A stretch of 64,000 nucleotides of DNA from Zygnema circumcarinatum SAG 698-1b. Taxonomy: Eukaryota > Plantae > Zygnematophyceae. Position numbers and translations under genes: made by a program. The number at the start of each line of letters is the position of its first letter. Position 1 is the stretch's first letter. The stretch spans positions 2,761,361 to 2,825,360 of the forward strand of contig CM074805.1 in NCBI GenBank assembly GCA_037447605.1, in the 5' to 3' direction. This document shows, in pieces, positions 20,234 through 33,700 of the stretch. A model generated the notes under the pieces. The model was not told the origin of the DNA, did no database searches, and worked only from the letters and a program-made list of their open reading frames with translations.

Positions 20234-23200
20234 ATGGCCGCCCCGCAAGCATGGGGGCCCGCCATCCTCCTCGCATCGCTGCTGTCTAGCAGCGCTTTCG
20301 CGCTGACGAGCGATGCAGGCATTCCGGGCTCGCAGGTGCGGACCGGGCGGGGGAGCAGGCTGCTGAGGGCGGCCCTGGCGTGCTATGCTCGAGAGGGCCA
20401 ATGGAAGCACAACGCCACGCCACGGAAGCTTCCATGGAATCGGGAGTCCTACGGGCGCGCCACGCGCTGCGAGTTAGAACGGAACAAGGGCGAGTACATG
20501 GAAGGGGCAGAGGCAGATAAGGCAATAGGCGGAGGGGATTGGAATGTGAGTGAGGAGGTTAAATGGGAGTGGACTGCGGAGAAGTGCTCGTTGGAGCCTT
20601 TCAGTTACGAGAACTTCTGCAGGTGCGGTAAAAGCTGGGTCGAAGAGGGCAGCTGTAGGGACAGAGCGAGCTCAGAGTGTTGAGTTGAGCTCACACGGGT
20701 GAGAATTGCCTGTGGTGAGCAGGACCATGGGATCGACATTCGGTGTGAACGCCAGCATTCTTATTGTGGGAGACGAGCTTTCGTGGGGCTTGGAACGACG
20801 CCTATTCAGTAACATCCGCGCTGCAGGCCCTAGTGAGTATGGGAATTCAGCTCATGGGTCTTCCTCGCCAGCCATCTCCCCTCTGGTTCTCTCCCCGCTT
20901 TTTCTCTCCGTCTCCCTCTCCCCGCCTACCTTCTCCCTCCTTAACTCTCTCCATCCCTTTATACCTCTCCCCTCTCCCTGTCTCTCTTGCTCTCTCTATC
21001 TTCCTCTTCTCCTCTCCTTCCTCTCTCTCTCACCCTTTTCCCCCCCTCTCCCACTTCGCCTGTGCCAGAGAGCATCGCTGTCAACCTCTTCCCTGACGGC
21101 TGCGCCCAGTGGGACAGCGGGAGGGAGCAGCAGCTGTGCTCGGGCTACCGCTACTGCCACGACGTCCTCAGAGGGGCTTCCGTCGCCGTGCGCTTCGTCA
21201 AGAGCTCCGACCTCTCGCTGCAGGGTGAAGGCGTTACGGCCGCCGGCGTTCCATGGAAACGGGCCCTGAACTGGATGCCGACTGTTGTGATCCTCACGCA
21301 TTCTGAGCAGTCCGCGAGGCGAGAGGACTTCGAAATTGACTTGGCTGCGGCCATCGGGTGGGTGCGCATGCGCAGTCCCGATGCTCTCGTGGTGTATCGG
21401 AATGCGCCCGCAGGTAAGGCACAGGCCTCCGGGCCTTTGGATGGACGAGTTTAGAAGGGGGTGTTGAGCGCATCTATCCATGCACACTATTCAGGGAGGG
21501 AAGGGGGAGTATCGGCAGTATTTGCAGCATCGGCTTAAAAGAGTTATGAGATCGGCTGCTGTTAAACGGAGATGTGTGCTGACGCCAGCGGCTGTTTCCT
21601 TTGAATGCATAAGTGGGTTCTCGCAAGATTTCTTTTTTTCTGACGAGTGTTAGAAACGAAGGGTCCTCGACGGTGTTGATTTGGAAACAACGGAAATTAG
21701 AATTAGGAGATAAAAGTTCACAAACTTTTAGCTCCCTTGTTCTCTATCGTACTACCGAAACACGGTTGCCCACCTGATGCACACTTTCACTGGATATGGT
21801 GGCGCAGTTCGAGCATGTCCCTCCCCACAAATCTTTGGGGCCTCTGAAATTTTGCCCCCCCCACTGAACAACGAAGAGCTCGCGGCAAGGAATAGGATTG
21901 CCCGGGGAATTGTGGAGAGACTTGGAGGCCTCTACTTCGATGTGAATGAGACTGTCGCGAGGCGGCCTCCTGCCCTTAAGCGCTCGGGACCGGCCCCCTT
22001 CCATGGCTGCATCGATGTGTGCCAACCCGGAGTGCTCGACGCGTGGGTGCAGCTGCTTCACAACCTCCTCATGAAAGCTCTTCCCACACCCGAGATGAAG
22101 CTTGCCGCAAAAAGAAATGCGGAACTGGATGAAAGCTATATCGAGCAGGTGGTAGACGCAGTTGACGTATCACAATTTGTGCGGAAAGGCCCTGACTCAG
22201 CTCCTCCGAAGAAAGGCTTTCTGCCCGGATCAAAAGTTCAAACAGCGGCGGAGTTTGAAGCAGTGAGCAGGAAGCTGGACTGCTTTGCCCGTTCGGGGCG
22301 GTGGGAGTTCAACTCCCGCCCCCGCCCTCTTCCTTGGCTGAAGAAGCCATGGTTTTCGATGTCAAGCTGTGACGCTCGCCATGTTGAGGCGGGCGGCATT
22401 TTTGGAGCTGCAGCAGACGAAGCTGCTGCCAATGGAGGGGATTGGAACGTGCGCAATGACTTGAAATGGGAGTGGCGCACAAAAGACACGTGTCCGTTGG
22501 AGAAGTTCTCTAGAGAAGCTTTCTGCAGGTGAACGGCATGTCTCTCTTTGCTGCTCCTTCACAGGCGAGAATGAAGTTAAGGGTTGAGCTGCAAAGCCAG
22601 TAATTTGGAAGCAGGACAGAAAGGAAAAAGCTGTGGCTAGCCATTTCAATTCAAAGGCATGTTGGCATAATGTTTTTTCTTGGGCGATGTTGTAGGAGTT
22701 CGGCAGGTATAGCATATGCTAAGTGGATGTCAACTGAACTCTAGAGAAGACTACCACTAGCCTATGAATGGGAAATTTACTGCGCTTCGAAACAAGCGAG
22801 GGTGAAAAAGTGGAGAACTTTGCTGACCGGGGAGAGTAGGGTATGCAGGCTTATGGGCCCAGGTAGAAGTGTGCTATTTCTCGGAGACTCCATGACGAGG
22901 AGCTTCGAGCGCCACATGTTCGGGCACATGCTCCTCGGGGTCAACCTAAGCTCCCGTAAGCAGGACCTTCCGAATTTCAACTTTCCCTTTTCAAACATAC
23001 TCACATCTTTTATCCAGAAATTATCTAAACACCGCAAAAACTGCAATCGAATAAATAAGTGAATAATAGTAAGGATTTCTATGTAAACACGCACATGCAT
23101 CTTTCCACCCCTTCCAAAACCCACCTCCCTTTGCCCTTTCCTCCATGCCATGCCATGCCCTGCGGCACACAGCGGATGCGCTCCCCGTGAACCTGTTCCC

Positions 23201-25244
23201 GGGCGGCATGCCGGAGTGGGACGTGGGCCTGCGGTTCGGGCAGTGCCTGGGGTACGCGTACTGCCACGACGTGCTGCCCGCGGCGGTGCAGATCCGCTTC
23301 TGCTTCAACCGCGGGCTCACGCTCACGGAGGTGCCCCTAGACGGCGAGGCGCCGTGGATCCTGAAGCTGCGTGAGTGGAACACCTCCGTGCTGCTCCTAA
23401 ACCGCGGGGCGCACTACCGCGCGGACGCCGTCTTTGAGAGGGACGTGCGCAGCGCCCTCTACTACGCTCGGAAGGAGCTGCCGGAGGCGCTCGTTGTCTG
23501 GCGGAACACTCCTCCAGGTCAGATTCGACTTATGCTAATTAAGGGTTTGAATTTCGGAAGAGGAGATTCTGAAGGCTGTGCAGCTGTTATGAGAATTTTG
23601 AAGGACGTAAGGTTCACAAAAACGTCACAGCAGTTGGAAAAAGGTCAACATTCTGAGACATTTGAATGTTTTACCTGTCTATCAATTATTTCTATATACA
23701 ATAATCTAATTCAGACTTGGAAATTACGAAGTGGGAACATACAGAACTAATTAATCCACAAATCTATCTCCCTGATTTGCAATCTCAACAGACGGTGCAA
23801 AACGGTAAAGAATTCCTAGTTAGGTTATCAATGAGAATTTGTAGTGATGTTGTGGGCCTGCACATTCGCTGCTTATTTAGATTGTCCAGGTTTTAGGTAG
23901 TGGGATAAATGACAGCGGAAGTCTGATAGGCCACAACTATACACTTCTGCCGAGGTTTATCTCTTGATTTATCTCTTATCTCTGTGTCTCCTCTGAACCA
24001 CATTAAAGCACCATATTTACTGCAACACTTCGCTGCAACAGTCAATATTCACTCCTGATCAGTTAATACAGAAATTATTTCAATTGTCATTCTCCATATA
24101 TCTTTATCGTCTTTACTATGTCGTAGGGATTTTCGCATCGAATGTGCTGCTTTATCACGGAACGTTAGGGGATTGTAGCCCATTTCATTCAAATACAAGT
24201 CTGTTTAGCTGGAGGACAAGAGCCGAACATTTAGCGTCTGGTTGGTGAACGTATAAGCTTGTCATCCCAAGGTGTGCATTACCGTGGAGGTTATTATGAA
24301 GTAAACGGTGATGTACGCCCGTTTATCTCAAACTACAACTCTCAAACTGAAATTACCTGAAGGGGAATTGACACATAATCTTTAGTTAGTCGTTCTTTAC
24401 GCTGCAAATATAGAAGCTTTAGACTGTCGATCTGGTGAGCTTAACTTGGTAGCAAAAGGATAAGCCGTTTGAACCATGAATATAACCTCCTCTACTCTGG
24501 CGTATGTAGCCTTCCCCACCCCTTGATGGCGGCTATTAGACTATGACACTCTATGATAACACCGTCTGCGCAGTATTCTTCACCTTCACCCTCCAAATAA
24601 TTGCGACTACTCCATTCCATCAGTTGTGGTATCCTTCTCATTGCGGACACCGTGACAGTTGCAAATTCGTGCAATGCACGAACCTGCAACTCTCTGTATC
24701 GCTGAGAGGAATTCACCCAATCGTTGTCAAAACGACAGATTACACTGATAAGTGCCTGTGCGAAAGGGTTCAAGAGGGGGCGGGGTGTCGGGGAGAGGCC
24801 TCTCAGATAAGAATGCTGTCTCCTTGTACATTTCATGATGACTCTCTCTCTCTCTTTCTCCCTCTCTCACGCTCCTTTTCTATTGATGTATCTGCATCAG
24901 TCGAAAAGTTGAAAAAGGGAGAATACTTACGCGGTTTATGTTGTTTGGATTTGGATGCAGGGCATGCAAACTGCGAAAGTTATCCCGGTCCTATCGAGGT
25001 TCGGCAAGATCCCAGCAGCCTGCCATACAATTGGGACAACTTTGCCAGGCAGAATGAAATTGCAAGAAAATACGTGGAAGAAATCGGTGGAGTGTACATG
25101 GATGTCGATTACTCAACAGCGCTTCGCCCGGACGGCCACCGAGGGAAGGTAGGAAAGACTTTGGATTGTTTACATTACTGCTTGCCCGGGCCGCCCGACA
25201 CGTGGGTACTCTTGATGTTCAACTTTTTGAAACTGTTGTTATAG
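20234..25244 (+). CDS. Tandem two-domain TRICHOME BIREFRINGENCE-LIKE / PC-esterase (SGNH-type polysaccharide O-acetyltransferase family), ~766 aa, signal peptide
   Basis: Exons 20234-20622, 20723-20832, 21069-21413, 21808-22528, 22849-22955, 23173-23517, 24961-25244 (all GT-AG, phases consistent, 2301 nt). Domain 2 has LFLGDSMTR, NRGAH and DCLHYCLPG. Confidence 0.88.
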
Positions 25245-26274
25245 TCATTGTTACAGTGAAGTTGGGTCACATAGGATAGGCATTGAGACTTTGATTCCCC
25301 TCCTGTCTGACATCTAGAAACACTTGTATAGCTGCTCTTGTCTGGGGTTTCATATTTTGCATCTCAAATAGTCACGCTGGTCTAGAAGCGAGGAAGGTAG
25401 CTGCTTATAGTTCGCATCTCTCAGCCTGTAACTTCTTCTGTTGGCTTTTTCTGAGGCCTGGGTTGGAGAATACCGCAAGGTAGTGTTGATCAGGATGAGA
25501 TGCGAGTCAGTGATTCCATCTGCAACAAAATGCGTAGTGCTGAAATAGGAATGCTGAGTAGCGTAGGAACATTGGGAAACGTAGTGCTTACAGGTTGTAG
25601 GTGAGTAGGGAGGGCTTGCCATTCTGCTCCTCCAGAATTCCAAATTCTTCAAGCTCCTGTTTTTGCAGAGTATGTAGAGCATGCTTTTGCCCCAGAGAGG
25701 AGCACACATGGTGCTTCCTGTATAAACGGTTATAACCCCGGTAGCCAATAAGGTGGCTGCTGGAGAAGCAAGTTCCTTTTATGTCAAAACGTCGTCTCAA
25801 GCCTTCCTTCCAGTCTTTGCAAGTGAATGTCCTCCTTGCGGACGAGGCTCTATTTTGCGTGGAAACAAACAACCAACTTCAAATTCTTGAAATCCAAACT
25901 CGCGTCTTAGTTCTCGACATTTCGGCAGCCGTTGAGTCGGCACGGCGTACCCTAAGCAGGCCAACCACTCGTTTTCGCTCGAACGAGCTGCCGAGTACCC
26001 GACGACGATGCATGGAGCTGCCGTTACATGAGCGCCAGCGCGAATGGCCAATGTTGGTCAACCCCTGCGACGGGACATCAATACGCGTGAAATCAACGAG
26101 AGAGAGAGAGAGGTCAATGCCACTTCCATTTCTTGTGAAATCCACTGCTCGCATACACGAATGTTGAATCCGCTGCGAACATCATCGTTCCTTCACGGCA
26201 CATGGAGGTAAGGAATGGAGCGGAGAAAAAACTCGATTTGTTGTCGTGTCGCATGATGGTTCGACATGGAGGCA

Positions 26275-26385
26275 TCGGGCATGGCATGACACGGCATGGC
26301 ATGGTATGGCATGGCACGACATGGCACGGCATGGCACGGCATGGCACGGCATGGCACGGCATGGCACGACATGGCACGGCATGGA
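26275..26385. repeat. (GGCATGGCAC)n-type minisatellite
   Basis: Tandem GGCAT/GGCAC pentamers read directly. Confidence 0.88.
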
Positions 26386-27773
26386 AGACCGTTGACGCGC
26401 GGACGCCTGCGCTCAACGGCCGGCAGCGCGAGCGGCTTCGGCGATCCGGGAGCTACGATTCGCGGCCGGCGGGCGGGCCCCGGTTGATCCCGCGCGGCTC
26501 GAGGCAACCCGCCGTTGATCCCCAGCCAGCCAGCCGGAGATATGCGGCGAAGTCCACGCGGCCTCTGAGTCCACCGTTGACCTGCGCGTGCGGGCGATCC
26601 GGAGCCGGCGCGAGTGGATCTGTGGTGAGGTCCACCCGCCTCAAATCGCTTTTCAAAATTGAATTCTGTCCGGGAAGGCGAGGAGAGAGCCTCCGGGCAA
26701 GGACGGAGTGCCGCCCTGCGGGAAGCGGGCCTCTGCAGGGTGGGCCTCTTGGATGCAGGCAGACCCCTCGTCCAATTCTAGGATCAAATGTCGCTCCCTA
26801 TCAGAACTTGGAGTGTTCATAGTTGAAGTGAGCACTATTGTCTTCCTGATGTCGTTGCTTTGATTGGTTCGCCCAGGAAGGTGGTGGTGCTGTTGAATTG
26901 AGTCCGAGGGTTACTTATCGCCCAGGTCTTGATTTTTGGCTTTAAGTGCTTTGGTTATAGTTTTTGGAGACTTAGATTTTGGAAAAACTTCCTTTCGTCT
27001 ATCCAATATGAAGAAAGCTAATTACCTGATATGAAGATTGAAGTGACAGCTTTGTGACAACATATTTTCTCCTGCTTTAAGGTCTTTCAATGTAACTAGG
27101 AGGTCTATATACCGTGTACTGAAGCGCTTTTTTTTACCAGAGCGTGTAGATGCCGTCGCGAAGCATAAGCACATACGAAGTGTCAGAAGTATTTGCTGGC
27201 TGAATGCAGAACTTAAATAGTTTTTCAAGTATGCCTCCTGGCTTACGTTGTTGTTTGACAGCAAGCATGAAATCTAGACTCTTAATAGAGTGTAGAACTT
27301 CCGCTATCTGCTAATCTGTTTGCTTCTTCTGCCATTAAGGACGAATCTGGTTTATTGCTGGTGTATGTTTGATTCATGGAATCTGCTGTACGGTGATAGT
27401 ATCAGACAACAAGGAGTGGTATTGACATCACTCCGGTGTGATAAGTTACATGTGAATCAGGGAGCAGGCAGCTTGAACAACAATTAAGTATGACTGTTCT
27501 TGCATGATGGATTAATAGCAGCGGTTATGATGAATATTAAATGCTCCCAATCTGTAGCTTGGCATCAAAGTAGACGATTGACGACAGTGCTGCCAAGACT
27601 ACCGTGCAGTTTGACAGGTCATGAGTCGGACAAGGCAGCTACTTGCAATGAATAATACTTCTTTGGAATATTTCTTTACATTCTCTCATAGCTTACTTTC
27701 GTCGTATCGAAACTCGGATTTTTGCTTAACCTTTCCTTTTTATGTATTTGGACTTATTTCTTCGTCCATCCAG

Positions 27774-30700
27774 GAGACCACAGATGAAACGGGACGGCAA
27801 AGTGGAGCAATGACACTGGAAAGTGAAGTGGAGCAAGTTTATTCGTCCGGTATGAAAGTAGGCAGTAAGAATAAAGCGAAAGGGGCTCGACAGAAGAAAG
27901 AGTCTGGTCAGCCAAAAGATGACTTGGCCCTTGAGTACCATGAGCATATGAGCACAACGGTACAACAGTTAACCAGGTTAGCAAATGACTCAGGCGCAAC
28001 ACGAGGCTTCGAGGATATCAGAAGCAAGCTGAGCGAGGATTCACTCAGCGTTGGTGGAGCGAATGGAACCGATAAGACCAGACATGCTAAAGGTATGCAA
28101 TTTCATTTGCAACTCCTGCATTCCAAATTTTCTTCGCTTCCAGTCGGTTTGTGCGTTTTCTATGGAAGTTAATCTATGACATCATCGAAACAAGACCCAA
28201 GACAGGGAAAGCTGGAGGAATAGATGAATGCAACAGATAGTCAGGTCAGTAGTTGGCTTTTTTTGCAATCGTTCTTGGCGGTATTCCGTTCGGCAAATGG
28301 TGCAGTTCAGCACGAGTTTTCGGTTTTCTCTTTTTTTTTATTCCTTTTCTGTTTCCATCCGTTTGTTATGTGGTGCTGGTCTGATTTTGCGTGCGGTTTT
28401 TACCTCCGCATTAAGTTCAAGAGTTTGTCACGTGGTTTGAAAATAGTCAGCTGTATGCAAATACTTCCCCCCACTGGGGGGCATTCGGTCTGAAACTCCA
28501 GGAAACAACAATGTCCTTCAAGATGCGGAAACTGTGTGCAGGCTCAAGGACCTGGTTGACTGGGAAGCGGACAGACTCTTCACGAGTTTTTCCCCCTGGA
28601 CAGGCCCCCGAAGAACGACTAGCTGATAGTGTTAACGAGCAAAGCAGGCAGGGATCTGGGAAAGGGACGTCTAGTTCTCCACATAGGAGAGGCGCACTAG
28701 TTGCTGGGCCGGAGGCTTCACGGGAATCAAGTTTGTCAGCTTCAGGACTAATTCATGGGAGGCCATTGAGCTTGTTGCCTGAAGGAGGACAAAAGGTTGG
28801 TACTATACCATTTTGAAATTGAAGACGACACTATTTCGCTTTTGGTTGTTCCAGTAACTTTAACAGCTAGGCAGGCTGATGAAGCAGATGCCAGTGTGCT
28901 TTTCCTGAACGCTGTGTATTTTTGTTGCCTGCCTTTTTCAAATGTCTCTCACGACTTTATTGTCACTCAGAGTTTGGCAAGGAGTTTTTTCTGATCTGCT
29001 ATGCAAGTTCCTAGTGAACACTGTTGATGGAATTAGGCGCTCACCTTCAGCCTTTGGATGCCTCAGACTCTCCTATATTTGGAATTTCGTTTCTGTAGAA
29101 GCTGATAGTACATCATTCTATCTCTGGCTTTTCGATTATTTGAAGGAAGCCTGACCTTAGGCTGCATATTTTCCTTACGCGGTTTACTTGCTTCAAGCGT
29201 TGCATGCCCATTGGGGGAGGAACATGATTTTTTTAAAGAACTGCATGTATCTGCCAAAGCTACATCTGTCCGTAAGTCCGTGAAATTTCAGGACATAGAA
29301 CGGTGTAACAAATCATAACCTTGTTTTTAAGCTTTCATGCTTGCTTGCTTGCTTGCTTGTCATGCAGAACTAGATGTGCTGTATTACTTCATTTGACGGT
29401 TTTACGTCAACACTCTCCTCTTTCTTGCCATTGCAGAAGCGTAAAATTCAGGATCTACTTGGTCCCCCATGGAGCCAGCAGGACTTGGAAGTGTTTTACC
29501 AATCTTACAGACGTTGTGGCAGGGATTGGAAGCTGGTGAGCCAAAACAAAGGCCCTGAACATATGCTGACGGAGGCACTAGCGTTATCACTTCTGGGTGG
29601 CTGTCACATTGTCACATTGGATGGCTTAATGACAACTGGACTGACTGTTCTTTCTAGAAAGGGAAGTGGTGGCACTCTGATGCTCTTATTTTGCTGGTCG
29701 TCAAAGTGTTGGTGCTTTGATTTCTTTGTGCCCTCCCTCCCCCCTCCGCCCCCTTTTCCCTTTTTCAATGCTTATCTAAGTTTAATTTTTCCGTTCGCCA
29801 GAGTCGGACTTCCTTTTTGGCCAAGCATATCGCCTACTAGGTGGTTAGGTTGACTTGCTGAAAAACACCTCTGCATAACTCTTGACAGAAAACATGCATT
29901 CTCAGGTTGCAAACCAGCTGTCGGGGAGAACAGTGGAGATGGTGGAATCGCTGTTCAACATGAACCGTGTAAGTACCTCACGTCAGCTGTCACTTCTTAA
30001 TCTCTTGCAGCCTATTGAAAACAGACACTTGCATATCCTGACAGTGTCCACCACTAGGAAGCTCCATACTCCGTGTTCTAGCAATTTGCAAAAGTTTCAG
30101 TTGAGAAATTACCTAAATCACGTCCTCGGACTAGCATGAGCTGTCTGAATGTGGTCCCCAACAATGGTATTGCATCTTCTGTGGATTGGCACTTTGGCCA
30201 ATCCACAGAATTTGGAAGGGCCAGAGTAAAGGGGACCCTGTGCCTCTGGAATTTTGGCCTAGGCGCGATAGACAGATAGATAGATATATCTTTTGGGGAT
30301 GTGTTCAAGTAGTTTGCAAGTGGACGTCTCCATTGTGAGCCGCTGATCGCGGTGGATTGATTAGCTGCCTTTTTGACGGATGTGAATCCACTTCTGTAGA
30401 GCAGAGACTCGTACAAAGAAGCCTGTGGACACTGATACATTTGTTGTGTTTGTCCCGTCCCTCATCCTGTTTAGTTTATGTTGTCGACATTTTAGCCAGG
30501 GACGGCCAAAACATACACCTTGTTTTTCCTTCCAGCTAATTACAGCCACAATCTAATGTTCTGATCGGTGTGTGATCTTTATAATAGTTTTGTGGTAATT
30601 AGGTGCCAGTTGCTGGTTGCTGAAGGTCCAATCATAATCTCTTTTTTCACCAGGTTTTCAGTCGCATGGCACGTTGTAGTCAGGTATCCGTCGCAGGTAC

Positions 30701-33700
30701 TGCTGGCAGATATGAATGTTGTTGTAGGGAGCTTGATCTGGTTTGCTTTCGCGGTCCTTGGTCCCCTCCTTGCAGGCCTATTTATCACTTCCTGAAGGAG
30801 CAGCTTCAGTGGCAGGATTAGTTGCTATGATGACGGATCATTATAGCATTCTGGTGAGCTACAACAATTTCAATGCATGACTTGACGGCATGCGTGAGTC
30901 CAAGTTTTCAATGCATTGGAGCAGGTCGACTTGAAGTTGAACTTTTGGATCGTGTTAGTCGTATACTTCATTTTACCTCTACACTGCTATATAAGGCATA
31001 ATTATGCATGAAAAATGTGGATGTACGGCCTCGGCCGTCAGGGCTACCTTAATAGACCATACAAACGAGTATTTCTGTACTCAGGCTTATTGGACTTATG
31101 TCCTCAAATAAGCCTAGATTTGAATTAATGTCGTCTATGTGTCGTTTGCCTTTTTGTGTACATTCATCACACTCTATTGGAGTGTGAGATTTCGTGGTGA
31201 TGTAAGAGCTAAAGCTGTGAGCACTTTGGGAGCTGGACTTCGGCAGGGCACATCGATTCTGTTTTCTAGTTTCAATCTTTGCTAACCCTTTTTTTTTCCT
31301 AGGTACCAGGAGTTCGTTGCAAAGTTAGATGCACTTTCGTTTTTTTTTTAATATAGGTCCCCTTCTTTCTTCTTCAGGAGCAGAGCAAGAGGGATGATGA
31401 GGAAGAGGATGAAGCAAAGGCAAAGCTTCAGGTGTCGGAGGTTTCAAGTGACGGAAAGAAAGAGGAATGCGAAGGACAGCCTGAATTTGACTCCACTATA
31501 GCCACTAAGATTATAGATTCCAACGAGCATAGGTTAGTTCACCGACACCCTCCTGACAATAAACTTTCCAACGCCACTAGTGTAACGGCAAGTCCGGAGA
31601 AACGTTCTGCCAGCCATCGAGAGGATTCGCCTGAAAATGGCCGTCCGACTCCAGCAAAACGACTTCGAAGTTCTTCAGGTGTGCTCTTGTTATGTTGCTG
31701 TACCTTATTGACACATGAGAGTGTTTCTGAGAATGTATCCAAAGTTCTTCCAATACGTATGTGGTTGATGGTAGTCATTGTGTCCCCGAAGCCTCCAGAG
31801 AGTGTGCTGGCATACATGTACTGTCCAAATGCAGATGTTCCAACTCGTTAAGAGTCTTCACCATGTTGATAGGCTTCAAGTTGTTTTGCTGGAATACACT
31901 TGTAATACACATTCTACAGCAAATTGTCAATCTGTGACTGATAGCAAGTTAGACATTTCTTCAGTTGGCGTCCTTAGCGGAATTAGATCTGAAGCCGTTT
32001 TCCTCACGTGGCATCAGGCTGAGAATGATTTTCAGTATCAAATTACATGGCAGTGCAGCCATCCAGTGTAATATTTTGGTGATCTTTACTGTTGTTATCA
32101 ACATGCTGCAGGTGGGAAACTGTGGTCAGTCGGGAAGCGAACTCCGCGCTTTTTGACTAGTGGGGTTGGGCAAGGGAAAAGTGGTTCTGGTGAAAGGGAA
32201 ACTGAAGTTGAACAGGGCAGGGAGAGTGAGGGACTACTTTCAAAGTCTCCAAAAGCTGGGGCCATGACTACAGCTTCTAGGCCTGAAGTGTCGCGAGAAT
32301 CTGGTTGGTCAGCTCTGGCGCCAACTCAATTCAAACCGTTTATGTTACAGTCTCCTGAGGGAGACAGAAAGGTATGCCATTGCGTATAGCTTTGCGCATT
32401 TCTTCACTAACTGATTGCCAGAGCTCGTCTGTCGTTGTCGCAAACAGTTTGCAATCAGTAAACCAGTGAACTGTACCCTGTTTGTGAAAATAGCTGGGCA
32501 CATCTTGGGGTGACAGTGGGCATTGCAGAACAGAAAGTATCAATTAATGACAATGCTTGATTTTTTTTCGACTTAGCCCTTCAATCTTTTCATATGCTTG
32601 TTCCATATGCTACCTTCGTGGAGATTCTTGATGACGCAAAGATGCACCCCTTTCTCAAAAGATGTATACCGTCACCTTTTATGTTTTGCTGTCTTATAGC
32701 CCGAAAGCTGCCCAAGTTCTGAAACATTTGGCATTCCTGTGAATGGCTTGCAGACTGCAGTCATCCAAGACATGGAGGTGACTCCCAATCGCAGAACGCC
32801 TAGTGATAACTTTTACAAAGGAGCCGGATCTTCGACATCCGGACGTGTGGGAAGGCTTAGCTTTGGTAAGAGGGTAACCAGGGCTGAACAGTCTCGCCTA
32901 CGAGATGTAGACGTTGACAGTGAACATGAGAGCTTGTCCCCGGTGAAGGACGGTGCAGAGCATAACTTTGAGGTGGGTGTTAGGGAGAGGAAAGGAAGCC
33001 TGAGTCATCATGCGGATGAATCTGATGTGGCTCGTTCGAAAGGAGGAAGGAAAGTCGCTAAGGGAAAGAAATCAACTTTTAGGACAAATGAAGCTCTCGG
33101 TGGTGTTGCAGATACTGGCAAGGGAGTGCATAAAACAAAGTTAGACAGTCTTGATGACACGAAACCTGGAGTTGTAGTGTCTAGTGCTTCAGAAGGGGAG
33201 GGAACAGATGGAGAGGAAGCAGGCTCTACGAGAGGCCGTGGGCGTGGCCGAGGAAGGGGCAGGGGCAGGGCTCGAGGCTCCGGGAGAGGAAGGGGAAGGG
33301 GGAGAGGCAGGGGAAAGGGACGAAAATCTGAATCCAGTCCCACTTCTATGAAAGGCGGAAGTGATGTGGAAGAAGAGAACATCGAGATGGCCACAGCTTT
33401 GGTGCCTAAGAAAGGGATGAAGAGGAACTTCAATACGTTTGCATCAGGTAAGTCGTTTCTCCAAGACAGCTATTGTGGAATGACTTGAAGAAGTTACGGT
33501 GGGTGTGAAGAGGTTTACAGATTTACTGCGTTGAGCTGGAGTGGCCTTGAAGTGAGGTTTGATTTCAAGTTAAAAAGAGGAGCGAAAGGCAAAAGCAAGA
33601 TGCATAAAATAAACTCAGATAGTTGTACTGTGAACTATAATCTGAAGTTGATTCAAGATAATGATCGGCTCGAGTCACGCTTTTGTGCAATGTCACATGC

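Noticed and set aside
25300-26700. Short ORFs on both strands between TBL and ALY
   Set aside because: No domain and no consistent exon chain; several are products of the GGCAT/GGCAC repeat.
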